From Candidatus Iainarchaeum sp. (lineage in GTDB: Archaea; Iainarchaeota; Iainarchaeia; Iainarchaeales; JAZDEL01), in NCBI GenBank assembly GCA_043808785.1, contig JAZDEL010000001.1, forward strand, positions 90,001 through 122,000: a stretch of 32,000 bases of DNA, given 5' to 3'. Position 1 is the stretch's first letter; each line of letters opens with the position of its first letter. Below, piece by piece: positions 1-7,942 of this stretch. The position numbers and the translations under genes were made by a program. Under the pieces are notes generated by a model, which had not been told where the DNA came from, did no database searches, and saw nothing but the letters and a program-made list of their open reading frames with translations.

Positions 1-387
1 GGCGAAACCGCGAAACTGCGCGAACTTCGGGACAGCAAGAAGACGAGGGATATCGCGGGGAAGTACAAAACCGCAACCGCGAATTCGCTTGCGAACGCAA
101 CGCTGAGCCTCAACGCGGAAATGCTCGCGCGTTTGCACGCGCGTGGGATAACCCTCAACAAAGCGGAGGAAATTTTCATCGACAGCGCAGCCGAGTTGTT
201 CTCCTCCCTCGGCGAAAAAACAAAAACAAAGGTCGATGGTTCGCCGATGAGGGTTCGCACGAAGAATGCCGAGTTCATTGTAAAGGGCGACGACAAGGAG
301 CCGGTGATAGGCGCCGCGAGCGTGATTGCGAGGCACGTTCGGGATATTTCAGGGGACAAGCGGAAAAGGAAAGGGTGGGGGAACTGA
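1..387 (+). CDS. hypothetical protein, C-terminal part (ORF enters from the window edge)
   Basis: Frame 1 is open from nt 1 (GETAKLRELRDSKK...) through the listed 121..387 ORF to TGA at 385-387. It has a basic KRKRKG tail and no motif I recognise. Confidence 0.4.
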   Translation, partial: GETAKLRELRDSKKTRDIAGKYKTATANSLANATLSLNAEMLARLHARGITLNKAEEIFIDSAAELFSSLGEKTKTKVDGSPMRVRTKNAEFIVKGDDKEPVIGAASVIARHVRDISGDKRKRKGWGN

Positions 388-393
388 CAGCGC

Positions 394-930
394 TCAGTTG
401 CGCTTGCCTTTTCCGATAAATTTCCCAACCGTTCCGAGCAAGTATTTCATATCCCCCTCTGTGAGGTCGAAAAGGCGCTTGCACGCCTCCTTGTTCTTGC
501 TCACGGTTTCATAGCGGTCTGGCAGAATTTCGGAATACCTGAACAGGTTGTTAACCCCAAAAATCAGGTCGTTAAGGTCTAGTGCCAGGGCGCACTCAGG
601 GTATTCCTTTCGCGCATCTTTCTCATAAAACATAAATTTATTTGAAATTTCGCGGGGCATAAGCCTGCGGAACATCATAACCCGCTCAAGCCTAATTATT
701 CTTTTTTGGGCAGGGGTAATTTTCCCTTCATTTGCCAACTTTTTCAGTTCATAGATGTCGCCGAATATTCCGTGTTGCCTTATGTGCCGTTCCAGGAGGC
801 GTTCAATCCTGTCCATTTTTCTGGAAAAGCCTATGTCTGCGGGTTTTCCCGAAAGTGCGATGTGCATCTTCGCCAAAATATTTGCTGCGAATTTTTGCCC
901 GATTGTGTCGGCATCGGAACGGCTAAGCAC
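394..930 (-). CDS. hypothetical protein (helical, no recognisable domain)
   Basis: 178-aa ORF with normal amino-acid composition. It converges on the previous ORF with only 6 nt between the stop codons. The overlapping plus-strand ORFs are Cys/Arg-rich shadow frames. Confidence 0.5.
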   Translation of the reverse strand: MLSRSDADTIGQKFAANILAKMHIALSGKPADIGFSRKMDRIERLLERHIRQHGIFGDIYELKKLANEGKITPAQKRIIRLERVMMFRRLMPREISNKFMFYEKDARKEYPECALALDLNDLIFGVNNLFRYSEILPDRYETVSKNKEACKRLFDLTEGDMKYLLGTVGKFIGKGKRN

Positions 931-1024
931 TTTCTTTGGCGCCCTATTTGCGTTTCTCTCTCTCTTTTATTTTGCGCTGCGGCACTTTCTCATTGGGCAT
1001 GAATAAATAACGGCGGCGTTTTAT

Positions 1025-1615
1025 TTATGCTTTGCGTTTACCCTTCCCGCGCCCCAAATCGAACACCTGCATCGGCACCCTGAGTTTTTTTATTTCCGCC
1101 TTCGTCAGCGCCCTGTGAGAAACTTTTTTCCCTATCAGCGCGCTGTTTCCCAAAGGGTCCTCGATTATAACCGTGAATTTTTCGGAACCGTTTTTTGCGG
1201 AGCGGATTTTTTCGAGCGCGGCGTCGGCATTGGGTTTCCCCTCCCCGTCCGCGGAGGATGCGAGGATGCTCGCCGCGCTTTCTATCCTCTCGAGCAGGCC
1301 CTCGAGGTTTGAAATGTACCCCTCGCTCAGTGCGGCGGGCTCGATTGTAACCCCCAATTCGGGAATGCGGATTGTGGATGAACTGCTGCGGACAATTTTT
1401 GTGCGCAGGTCATTTGCACCTGAAACCTTTGCCTCAAAGCGCGAGGGCTTCCTCACGCCCGCGGAAAACACGTCAACAAACCTGAACCCGCACGCGGGGC
1501 AGGACATCGTGAGCATAATTACCTTGCCGAAGTGCTGCACAGCCCTCACTGTCTGCACAATTTTTGCCGGCTCGCCGCAGTTGGCGCACGGAATTGCTGG
1601 ATTTTTTTCTGGCAT
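1025..1615 (-). CDS. ZPR1-type zinc-finger protein (archaeal COG1779-like)
   Basis: N-terminal CxxC...CxxC zinc ribbon (CANCGE ... CPACGF) followed by a beta-rich ZPR1-like domain (RTKIVRSSSSTIRIPELGVTIEP, FTVIIEDPLGNS). Confidence 0.8.
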   Translation of the reverse strand: MPEKNPAIPCANCGEPAKIVQTVRAVQHFGKVIMLTMSCPACGFRFVDVFSAGVRKPSRFEAKVSGANDLRTKIVRSSSSTIRIPELGVTIEPAALSEGYISNLEGLLERIESAASILASSADGEGKPNADAALEKIRSAKNGSEKFTVIIEDPLGNSALIGKKVSHRALTKAEIKKLRVPMQVFDLGRGKGKRKA

Positions 1616-1660
1616 GCGGGAACCATCCTGATTTCTTGATTGCGGCAGGCGGAACCGCGC

Positions 1661-2194
1661 TTACTTCTTTTTGCCTTTCTTTTTTGCCGGTGAAGCGGAG
1701 CGGTAAATTATCTTGTGCATATCCTGCTCCTCCCTCTTCTCTGTCGCCCTGCGCGGCACGAACTTTTTCGCCTTAACCGTCATGCCGCGGTTCTGCAGCT
1801 CTATAAGTATCTCCTTTATCGCCTTCATTTCGACGGCGGCATTCGCGCGGAAGTGGTCGAGTTTGCGGATTTTTTCCTCGAGCCCGTTGCCGTTTCCTGA
1901 AAAAGCGTTTGCGTTCGCCCCCGCACCTGAAGACGTGCCTGCGCGTGCCCCCGAGAGCGCGGACTCGAGCGCGCTTATCCTGCTGTGCGCCATCTCCACT
2001 TTTTGGTGCAGTGCGTTGTACCTGCTTCCGAGTTTTGCGAGTTCCGCCGCGTTAGGCTCCTTGACCATTACAAGGCTGAACCCGTTTTCATCATCCTGTC
2101 CGCCCCTGCCATTGGGTTTTGTTATGTAGAGGAGGCCGTTGCCTATCCCCAGTGCGGCAATAAGCACAACCAAAAACACGGTTATTATGCCCAT
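1661..2194 (-). CDS. membrane-anchored coiled-coil protein, unknown function
   Basis: N-terminal TM helix (IITVFLVVLIAALGIGNGLL), a Gly/Ala/Asn low-complexity linker, heptad-like helical segments and a lysine-rich C-terminus. Confidence 0.6.
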   Translation of the reverse strand: MGIITVFLVVLIAALGIGNGLLYITKPNGRGGQDDENGFSLVMVKEPNAAELAKLGSRYNALHQKVEMAHSRISALESALSGARAGTSSGAGANANAFSGNGNGLEEKIRKLDHFRANAAVEMKAIKEILIELQNRGMTVKAKKFVPRRATEKREEQDMHKIIYRSASPAKKKGKKK

Positions 2195-2303
2195 AGTTTT
2201 CCCAGAAACCTGTGTTGGGAGCGGTTTTTATTCCTTCCCCCGCGCGCTTTCCGAAGCGGCACCGCCATGCGCCGCAACTCTCCAGCCTAACGATTGTGAT
2301 AGC

Positions 2304-2311
2304 TTTTTAAA
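2304..2311 (+). promoter_or_regulatory. TATA-box-like element (TTTTTAAA) for the thioredoxin-fold gene
   Basis: It is centred about 29 nt upstream of the ATG at 2337. That fits a leaderless transcript and favours 2337 over the ATG at 2319 or the 2139 ORF start. Confidence 0.4.
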
Positions 2312-2336
2312 TTTTCAGATGGCAGTTATTATTCAT

Positions 2337-3488
2337 ATGCCTGGCGAGAAACCCGTGCAGAATTCCGAAAGCGCCCCTGTTGCGGGCGCGCAGGGCGGCA
2401 CATCCGCCAAGCAAGCGAAGAAGCAGGGCCTTCTCCCCCCACAGGTGCCTGTTTATTTTGCGGTTCTCCTGCTCCTGCTCGGCCTTCTGGGGGGTTATGC
2501 CGTGATGCTGATGCTAAACAGCGGCAAAACATGCCCCGACTGCCCCGGCAGCGGCGGAACCCCCGACACAAGCCGCACGGTTAAGGTAAAGCTTTTCTAT
2601 TATGCGGGATGCGGCATCTGCGAGGAACGCAACAGTATACTTGACGTCTTCGACGGAAAGGGCGTTGATTACACTGTCGAGGGTGTTGAGGCCGGTAGCG
2701 AGAAAGGGAAGCTGCTTGTTGCCGGATTCGGGATAACCTCCGCCCCGACAGCGCTTGTCGAGGCGCGCTACATTTCAGATTACCCGGAAATAAAAACCGC
2801 AATGGACGGCCTTTTCGAGGTTAAGAACGGCAATTACGTGGTTCCGGAGATAAACCTAAACAACACAAAAAACTACGTGCAGTTCTACCTTGCGGAACCG
2901 GACAGCACATGCTCCAACGAGCCCGGAAGATACGAGGCGCTTTATTTCAGCGACCCGTACAATGCGATTGCAATCACGCAGAAGCCGCTTTTCGACCAGG
3001 AGCTCGCATCATTGGGCGACAGCATACGCCTCAAATACCAGTTCCTGCGCTCGAACCAGTTCGGCAGCGACCAGAACATGCAGGGCCTTGTGACGCTCGC
3101 GGGCAATTACCTCCTCTGCGCCCAGCAGCAGGGCAGGTTCAAGGAGATGAACAATGAAATTCTCGCAATCTTCTGCAATGCGGGGCTTGACGACACGGTC
3201 CTTACCTCGCAGGAGCTCATAACCTGCGCCAACTTCAGCCCGCATTTCGGCACGCCCCTTAGCCAGAACGAGCTTGACAAGGCGCTTTCGAGGGTAAAAG
3301 ATATCGATGCCAACACTTTCGGCGGCTGCGTTGCAAAGGACGGCCTGCTCCCAAAATCCACGCAGCGCGCATTGCTTTACGGGGTTTCAAGTTCCCCCTC
3401 CGCGGTTGTCGGGTGCGCATACCAGACAGGCATTTTGGATATCGGGACTGCCCTCTGCGACCTGAATTCCTCGCTGCCCGGGTGCTAG
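2337..3488 (+). CDS. membrane-anchored thiol-disulfide oxidoreductase-like protein (thioredoxin/DsbA fold, two CXXC motifs)
   Basis: TM helix VYFAVLLLLLGLLGGYAVMLML, then CPDC, then a glutaredoxin-like KLFYYAGCGICEE, and a C-terminal Cys-containing DsbA-like region (NYLLCAQQQGRFKEM). The start could also be 2319. Confidence 0.6.
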   Translation: MPGEKPVQNSESAPVAGAQGGTSAKQAKKQGLLPPQVPVYFAVLLLLLGLLGGYAVMLMLNSGKTCPDCPGSGGTPDTSRTVKVKLFYYAGCGICEERNSILDVFDGKGVDYTVEGVEAGSEKGKLLVAGFGITSAPTALVEARYISDYPEIKTAMDGLFEVKNGNYVVPEINLNNTKNYVQFYLAEPDSTCSNEPGRYEALYFSDPYNAIAITQKPLFDQELASLGDSIRLKYQFLRSNQFGSDQNMQGLVTLAGNYLLCAQQQGRFKEMNNEILAIFCNAGLDDTVLTSQELITCANFSPHFGTPLSQNELDKALSRVKDIDANTFGGCVAKDGLLPKSTQRALLYGVSSSPSAVVGCAYQTGILDIGTALCDLNSSLPGC

Positions 3489-3499
3489 AACTGGCGAGT

Positions 3500-4114
3500 G
3501 TGCGCGCGGTGCCTGGGGAAGTTCCTTTTAAGGGCGGGTTCCTGCAAGTTTCAGATTCCGTTTACGCCCCTGCGGAGGATTCCTTCCTTCTTGCCGAAGC
3601 GGTTTGTGCGGAAAAGCGCGCGGCATCCGCAAAACTCGCACTGGACCTCGGCACAGGTTCGGGCATCCAGGCGATTAACCTCGCCCTTCTCGGCGCCGGG
3701 AAAGTTGTTGCCGCGGACATAAACGGATGCGCGCTGCGTGACGCCCGCGCCAACGCGGAGCGTTTCGGCATTTCGCGCAGGGTAAGCGCCGTGCATTCGG
3801 ACATGTTTTCCTCCCTGCGCGGAACCAAGTTCGACTTTATTGTTTTCAACCCGCCGTACGTTCCGAGCGGCGAACCCGAACTGCGTGATGTCGACGGGGG
3901 AAAGCGCGGCAGGGAGGCGCTTGACCGCTTCCTTTCCCGATTCGGAAAACATTTAAACACCGAAGGCGTTTGTTATTTTATGCAGAGCAGCCTTAACGGT
4001 ACCGCGCGCACGGAAATGCTGCTGAAGCGCAACGGCTTCGGTTTCAGAATCGCCGCGCGCAAAAGGCTGTTCTTCGAGGAACTCCTTGTTTACAGGTGCG
4101 TGCATGCCCACTAA
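3500..4114 (+). CDS. HemK/PrmC-family N5-glutamine methyltransferase (archaeal Mtq2-like)
   Basis: SAM motif LDLGTGSGI and catalytic FIVFNPPYVP, with N-terminal VYAPAEDSFLL. The ORF is open from 3413, but that start overlaps the upstream gene by 76 nt. GTG at 3500 or 3509 is the more likely start, though this is uncertain. Confidence 0.75.
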   Translation: MRAVPGEVPFKGGFLQVSDSVYAPAEDSFLLAEAVCAEKRAASAKLALDLGTGSGIQAINLALLGAGKVVAADINGCALRDARANAERFGISRRVSAVHSDMFSSLRGTKFDFIVFNPPYVPSGEPELRDVDGGKRGREALDRFLSRFGKHLNTEGVCYFMQSSLNGTARTEMLLKRNGFGFRIAARKRLFFEELLVYRCVHAH

Positions 4115-5171
4115 TGTTTCGATAGAATACGCAAGGGCGTGCCAGAAGTACGATGCGGCAAGCACGCCCGCGGAGAAGCTTGCGGCGCTTATAGAGATGC
4201 GCTCCGCCTCGCCAAAGCACAAGGGCGGGGAAAACCTGCGCGCGGAAATCACGGGCAAGATAGCGAAAATAAAGCGCGAGATGGAGAAGCAGCGCGAACA
4301 GGCGAAAAAAACCTCGGGCGGAAAATCCCTGAATGTTAGAAAGGAGGGCGCGGGGCAGGTGGCGCTTGTCGGAATGCCCAACTCGGGAAAGAGCACGCTC
4401 CTTAATCTCCTCACAGGCCTGCACGCCGAGGTGGGGGCTTACCCTTTTACCACAAAAAAGCCGGAGGTCGGCATGATGGACTACCTCGGCGCGGACGTGC
4501 AGATTGTCGAGGTTCCCGCAATTATCGAGGGCAGCAGCGGGGGCAAGGCAAACGGCATCCAGCTGCTTTCGGTAATAAGGAACGCGGATGCGGTGGTGCT
4601 CGTCGTAAGGGACGCTTTGGAGGAAAAACTGCTCCTTTCGGAACTTTCAAAATCCGGCATAGAGCTCGGCAGGAAAAAGCCCGCAATAGAGATAAAGTCA
4701 GCAAAATTCCCGGGCATAACAATTGCAGGGAAGAGATTCCTCAAGATGAGTGAAAGCCAGCTAATAGCCTTCCTCAAGAGCGCGGGCATACATAACGCAA
4801 GCATAATCCTCGGCGAAGAAACAACGCTCGACAAGGTTGCGGAAGCGCTTGACTCGAGGATTGTTTACAAGCAGTCCCTTGTGATTAACCCGTTCAGGCC
4901 ATTCGATGCCGAGGCGCTGAAGAAAAAAATTTTCCAGGCGCTTGGCAGGGTGCTTGTCTTCACAAAAAAGCCCGGGGAGGATGTTGCAAGGGAAAAGCCA
5001 CTCGTGCTCCCGCAGGGCACAACCGTGCAGGAGGCGGCAAAGCACCTGCACAAGGATTTCGCGCGCAAGCTCAAATATGTCCGCGTCTGGGGATCGACAA
5101 AATTCGCGGGGCAGAGGGTGAGCAGGAATTACGCCCTTCAGGACGGGGACATAATGGAGATTTACAGCTGA
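4104..5171 (+). CDS. DRG/Obg-family GTP-binding protein with C-terminal TGS domain
   Basis: Walker A VGMPNSGKST, G2 YPFTT, G3 region VEVPAIIEG, and a C-terminal TGS-like block (VQEAAKHLHKDFARKLKYVRVWG...DGDIMEI). It overlaps the upstream gene end by 11 nt. Confidence 0.85.
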   Translation: MPTNVSIEYARACQKYDAASTPAEKLAALIEMRSASPKHKGGENLRAEITGKIAKIKREMEKQREQAKKTSGGKSLNVRKEGAGQVALVGMPNSGKSTLLNLLTGLHAEVGAYPFTTKKPEVGMMDYLGADVQIVEVPAIIEGSSGGKANGIQLLSVIRNADAVVLVVRDALEEKLLLSELSKSGIELGRKKPAIEIKSAKFPGITIAGKRFLKMSESQLIAFLKSAGIHNASIILGEETTLDKVAEALDSRIVYKQSLVINPFRPFDAEALKKKIFQALGRVLVFTKKPGEDVAREKPLVLPQGTTVQEAAKHLHKDFARKLKYVRVWGSTKFAGQRVSRNYALQDGDIMEIYS

Positions 5172-5244
5172 ACCGAACCCGCCCCGCGGCAAATTTTGCC
5201 GTGCTTCGCATTTTGCGCGCGCTTTATTCCGCCCATCGGGCGCA

Positions 5245-6549
5245 TTAACTCTCCCCTTTCGGCGCGAGCATGTCCATTATCCTGTCCCGCTTGCTTATTG
5301 CGTAAAGAACCGCGAGCAGAACAACAAGCACGGCAACAATCTGGAATATGGTTTCCTGGCTTATCAGCGGCTCGGGTTCGATGCCGACATACCCTTCGCC
5401 GTAAACCGCTGCAACATCCTGCTTCGCTTTCTGCGCATAGTTGATTGCAACGCCGTAATTCCTCTCGCCGAAGAACTTTTCCGCCTTCGACCAGTTGTCC
5501 TCAAGCTTCTTCAGCCTTGCCTGGTCCATCCAGTACGGCTTGTTGTCCTTGCTCAGCATTTCCTGCGCCGCGTCCTTAAGGGTGCGGAAGTTCTGCCCTG
5601 TTTTGGCGTAAACAGTTTCATCTTCCCCGTACAGTTCCCGCCACGTCTTGTTCATTTCCAGCCTTGCATCGAACTGGTCGAGCAGCAGGTCAATCCTTCC
5701 CGAAACCTTCGCGGTTATCGCATCCATCGCCTGCTCGTGCTCCGAGGCGTACTGCGAGTAGTTCCCGACATTGTTGAAATTCTCGGGCGGGCTGGCGAGT
5801 TTCAGCAGGTATGTTTTAGTTTCGCTGTCCGCGTTCGATGTCGCGATGAGATGCTTCAATTTGTCCAGTTCCGCCATGTATGTGAGTGCCGAGTCCTCCA
5901 GCTCGTAAACGGGCGTGAAAACATCCCCGAACTTCGCCGCGAGTTCGCCTGTTTTTGTTGTGTCGGGCTGTGTAGTGAACTCCGCCTCCACGGCCCTCGC
6001 CTCGTTTATTTTCGCGCTTATTTCCGAGCACTTGTCCGACATGATGCGCAGTTTCGCAATCAGCACGGTTGCCTCGGAATCCACGGCGGCGCTGTTCATC
6101 TCGGTGGCAATCGTGGTCATCTCATAAACCTCGTCCCCAAGCAGCCTTCCGAGGGTTTCGAACGTGTTCGCGTATGTCGAGGTAATAAGCCAGTGCGCCT
6201 GCGGGTTATTTGAGAAGCGCTGCCTTTCCTTGAGGAACTCGCGCAGGGTGTCGGCGCACTCGAAAAGCGCGCGGTTTGCTGGCTTGTTCGTTTCAAGTTC
6301 CTTCGCCTTTGTTTTCACGGCAAAATATGTTGCGGGCGCGTTCCCGGAAATGGCAGGCATTAGCCAGTACTCGTTGCCGGCGTACTTTATCGGCACGTCG
6401 AGCTGTTCAAGGGTTTCCCCCGTGTAGAGGAAATGGTTCTCCGCGCTGACGAAATTCACGGCATCGCCGAGCGAAATCGCGGAATAGGCAAAACCCGCCA
6501 GCATCAGGAGCGCGAACACGGCAAAAAAACGGGCATTTCCACACTGCAT
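5245..6549 (-). CDS. hypothetical secreted/membrane protein (N-terminal signal anchor, C-terminal TM anchor)
   Basis: MQCGNARFFAVFALLMLAGFAYSAISL at the N-terminus, a long helical ectodomain, and a C-terminal TM helix IFQIVAVLVVLLAVLYAI. The start was taken at the ATG at 6549 rather than the ORF maximum at 6615. Confidence 0.6.
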   Translation of the reverse strand: MQCGNARFFAVFALLMLAGFAYSAISLGDAVNFVSAENHFLYTGETLEQLDVPIKYAGNEYWLMPAISGNAPATYFAVKTKAKELETNKPANRALFECADTLREFLKERQRFSNNPQAHWLITSTYANTFETLGRLLGDEVYEMTTIATEMNSAAVDSEATVLIAKLRIMSDKCSEISAKINEARAVEAEFTTQPDTTKTGELAAKFGDVFTPVYELEDSALTYMAELDKLKHLIATSNADSETKTYLLKLASPPENFNNVGNYSQYASEHEQAMDAITAKVSGRIDLLLDQFDARLEMNKTWRELYGEDETVYAKTGQNFRTLKDAAQEMLSKDNKPYWMDQARLKKLEDNWSKAEKFFGERNYGVAINYAQKAKQDVAAVYGEGYVGIEPEPLISQETIFQIVAVLVVLLAVLYAISKRDRIMDMLAPKGES

Positions 6550-6592
6550 AATGAATCTATCTAATAAAGCGGTTCTACAATAAAAACCTTTT

Positions 6593-6601
6593 GAAGGCAG
6601 G
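6593..6601. repeat. left copy of 9-bp target-site duplication GAAGGCAGG
   Basis: An identical 9-mer recurs at 7926-7934. Both copies sit immediately outside the terminal inverted repeats. Confidence 0.75.
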
Positions 6602-6619
6602 AGCCTTGCCCACAAAGTC
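6602..6619. repeat. left terminal inverted repeat
   Basis: AGCCTTGCCCACAAAGTC, which pairs with 7908-7925. Confidence 0.75.
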
Positions 6620-6625
6620 AGAACT

Positions 6626-7001
6626 TTAAGCGACTTTATGGGCAGTTTCGGAACTTTGTGGGCAGAATTGGGGGGTTACCCCCAACTCATGCATCTCGTG
6701 AACATTTACCACAATGTTGTGGCAGAGGACTTTCAGCAGAGCCTCGTTCTCCCTTGCGGCAGGCTTCCTGCTCCTTATGAGGTCGCCGAACTTTGCCTTT
6801 ACCATATTGACCGTGCTTTCGGCATTGCTCCTGCTGCGATAGTGCTGTAAAAATTCTTCCTGATTGTAGTGCAAGAAAAGTGGCTATTAGCGAGGCTTTT
6901 TCCGAAGCCCTGACGGATTGGGTTAGGAAAAAATGATGCTCCTTAATGGTCGGGTTTTGTTCAAAAACCGCAAACAAAAGGCTTTTTAACAAGGTAAGCA
7001 T
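6626..7001 (-). pseudogene. DDE transposase remnant (IS4/IS5 superfamily), frameshifted and internally deleted
   Basis: The C-terminal block HYRSRSNAESTVNMVKAKFG carries the Y-2-R-3-E-6-K signature, followed by ALLKVLCHNIVVNVHEMHELG. The upstream 42 codons (from the ATG at 7001) lie in another frame. About 125 codons remain in total, against roughly 300-400 expected. Confidence 0.7.
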
Positions 7002-7037
7002 TTATAGTATTTTAGATGATGTTAGCATCGGCACGCA

Positions 7038-7319
7038 ATGAGGTTTAAAAACAAGATATTATTAGTAAGTGGGGTGGAACACATGCCTGAACAAATTTAC
7101 GAAATTAAGATAAAACCCGTTAACGAATTGTCTATCCCGGCGCAGGTAGAAGTAATGGAAAAACTAAAAAAAATGCCTGAAAAATCCAGATGCAATTATG
7201 CGGGCTATGCCGCAGTAGCATATGTGCGTGCATCTCCGCTAAAGATAATTAGTGTTGACCCGATTGAAGGCACTATTATAGATTATTTCAATAGTGCTTT
7301 AACTGCCTGCAAGCAATAA
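7038..7319 (+). CDS. hypothetical small protein (cargo ORF 1 of the element)
   Basis: AT-rich ORF. A TTTATAG box at 7001-7007 lies about 34 nt upstream of the ATG at 7038. An alternative start at 7083 is preceded by GTGGGGTGGA. No recognisable domain. Confidence 0.45.
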   Translation: MRFKNKILLVSGVEHMPEQIYEIKIKPVNELSIPAQVEVMEKLKKMPEKSRCNYAGYAAVAYVRASPLKIISVDPIEGTIIDYFNSALTACKQ

Positions 7320-7343
7320 GCCAAATTACATACGAAGGTGGCA

Positions 7344-7859
7344 ATGATGGGTGAGAACGAATACGAAGCAGAGTGCGAAGTGGAGATAGTTATTTGCAAC
7401 GAGGTTCTAAACCATTTATCAAAACGGGAATTGCATGACCTTTTTCTAATTTGGTTTATAAATAAATATAAAACAAAGGCGGTCGTGGTTTTAGAGGATT
7501 GGAACAAATTCATAAAAGATTGGGACACAAAATTGAAACAAATGTCCCCCGAAGCAAAAAATCACTTTTTTGCAGTTATGAGGAGTATTGTAACGCCATA
7601 TAGGGAAAAATATGCAAACGGCGTAACTGGTGCGGAAAAAATTAAATTGGAGGGGGGAAGCATTGACAAATTATGTAAAATAGTGGATAGACATTACGCC
7701 ACAGTAAGATACCTCGTTGTGGCATCCCCTGCCAATTTCGTGGGAAAGGTAAGGATTAGCAAGGAGCAAATTCTAACCCCTGAAGAGTTATATACTCGCA
7801 TGAAACTGCAAAATTCAGAACTCGTAAAGGAATTTGAATACCGTTATGGTTGCGCATAA
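7344..7859 (+). CDS. hypothetical protein with possible HTH segment (cargo ORF 2 of the element)
   Basis: GAAGGTGG ribosome-binding site at 7334-7341. The segment GSIDKLCKIVDRHYATVRYLV resembles a helix-turn-helix. Otherwise there is no recognisable domain. Confidence 0.5.
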   Translation: MMGENEYEAECEVEIVICNEVLNHLSKRELHDLFLIWFINKYKTKAVVVLEDWNKFIKDWDTKLKQMSPEAKNHFFAVMRSIVTPYREKYANGVTGAEKIKLEGGSIDKLCKIVDRHYATVRYLVVASPANFVGKVRISKEQILTPEELYTRMKLQNSELVKEFEYRYGCA

Positions 7860-7870
7860 ATGAGATTTTT

Positions 7871-7920
7871 ACTTTATAGGCAAATTTCCAACTTTATAGG
7901 CAGATTAGACTTTGTGGGCA
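7871..7920 (+). repeat. three direct copies of the terminal-repeat core ACTTT(A/G)T(A/G)GGCA at the right end
   Basis: Copies at 7871-7882, 7891-7902 and 7908-7920. Related copies at the left end lie at 6607-6619 (inverted), 6632-6644 and 6652-6664. Confidence 0.7.
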
Positions 7921-7925
7921 AAGCC
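7908..7925. repeat. right terminal inverted repeat
   Basis: GACTTTGTGGGCAAAGCC, the reverse complement of the left IR with 2 mismatches. Confidence 0.75.
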
Positions 7926-7934
7926 GAAGGCAGG
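7926..7934. repeat. right copy of 9-bp target-site duplication GAAGGCAGG
   Basis: Identical to 6593-6601. Confidence 0.75.
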
Positions 7935-7942
7935 CATATATC

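Larger units (their letters stand above)
6602..7925. mobile_element. transposon-like insertion (decayed IS4/IS5-superfamily element carrying two cargo ORFs)
   Basis: 18-bp terminal inverted repeats: AGCCTTGCCCACAAAGTC at 6602-6619, and the reverse complement of 7908-7925, GGCTTTGCCCACAAAGTC (16/18 identical). It is flanked by the 9-bp direct repeat GAAGGCAGG. The interior is visibly more AT-rich than the flanks and contains a transposase remnant. Confidence 0.75.

Noticed and set aside
2139-2336. Upstream extensions of several ORFs to their maximal start (2139, 5245..6615, 22602, 24781, 27093, 27125, 29516, 30156 and 10578)
   Set aside because: The extensions overlap neighbouring genes or promoters and lack homology-like sequence. 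Internal starts coincide with family N-termini and with TATA boxes or ribosome-binding sites.
5187-5201. Possible bidirectional terminator hairpin CGGCAAA-T-TTTGCCG between the convergent genes at 5171 and 5245
   Set aside because: The nominal 7-bp stem leaves a 1-nt loop. The realistic structure is a weak 5-bp stem, and no clear oligo-T tract follows on either strand.
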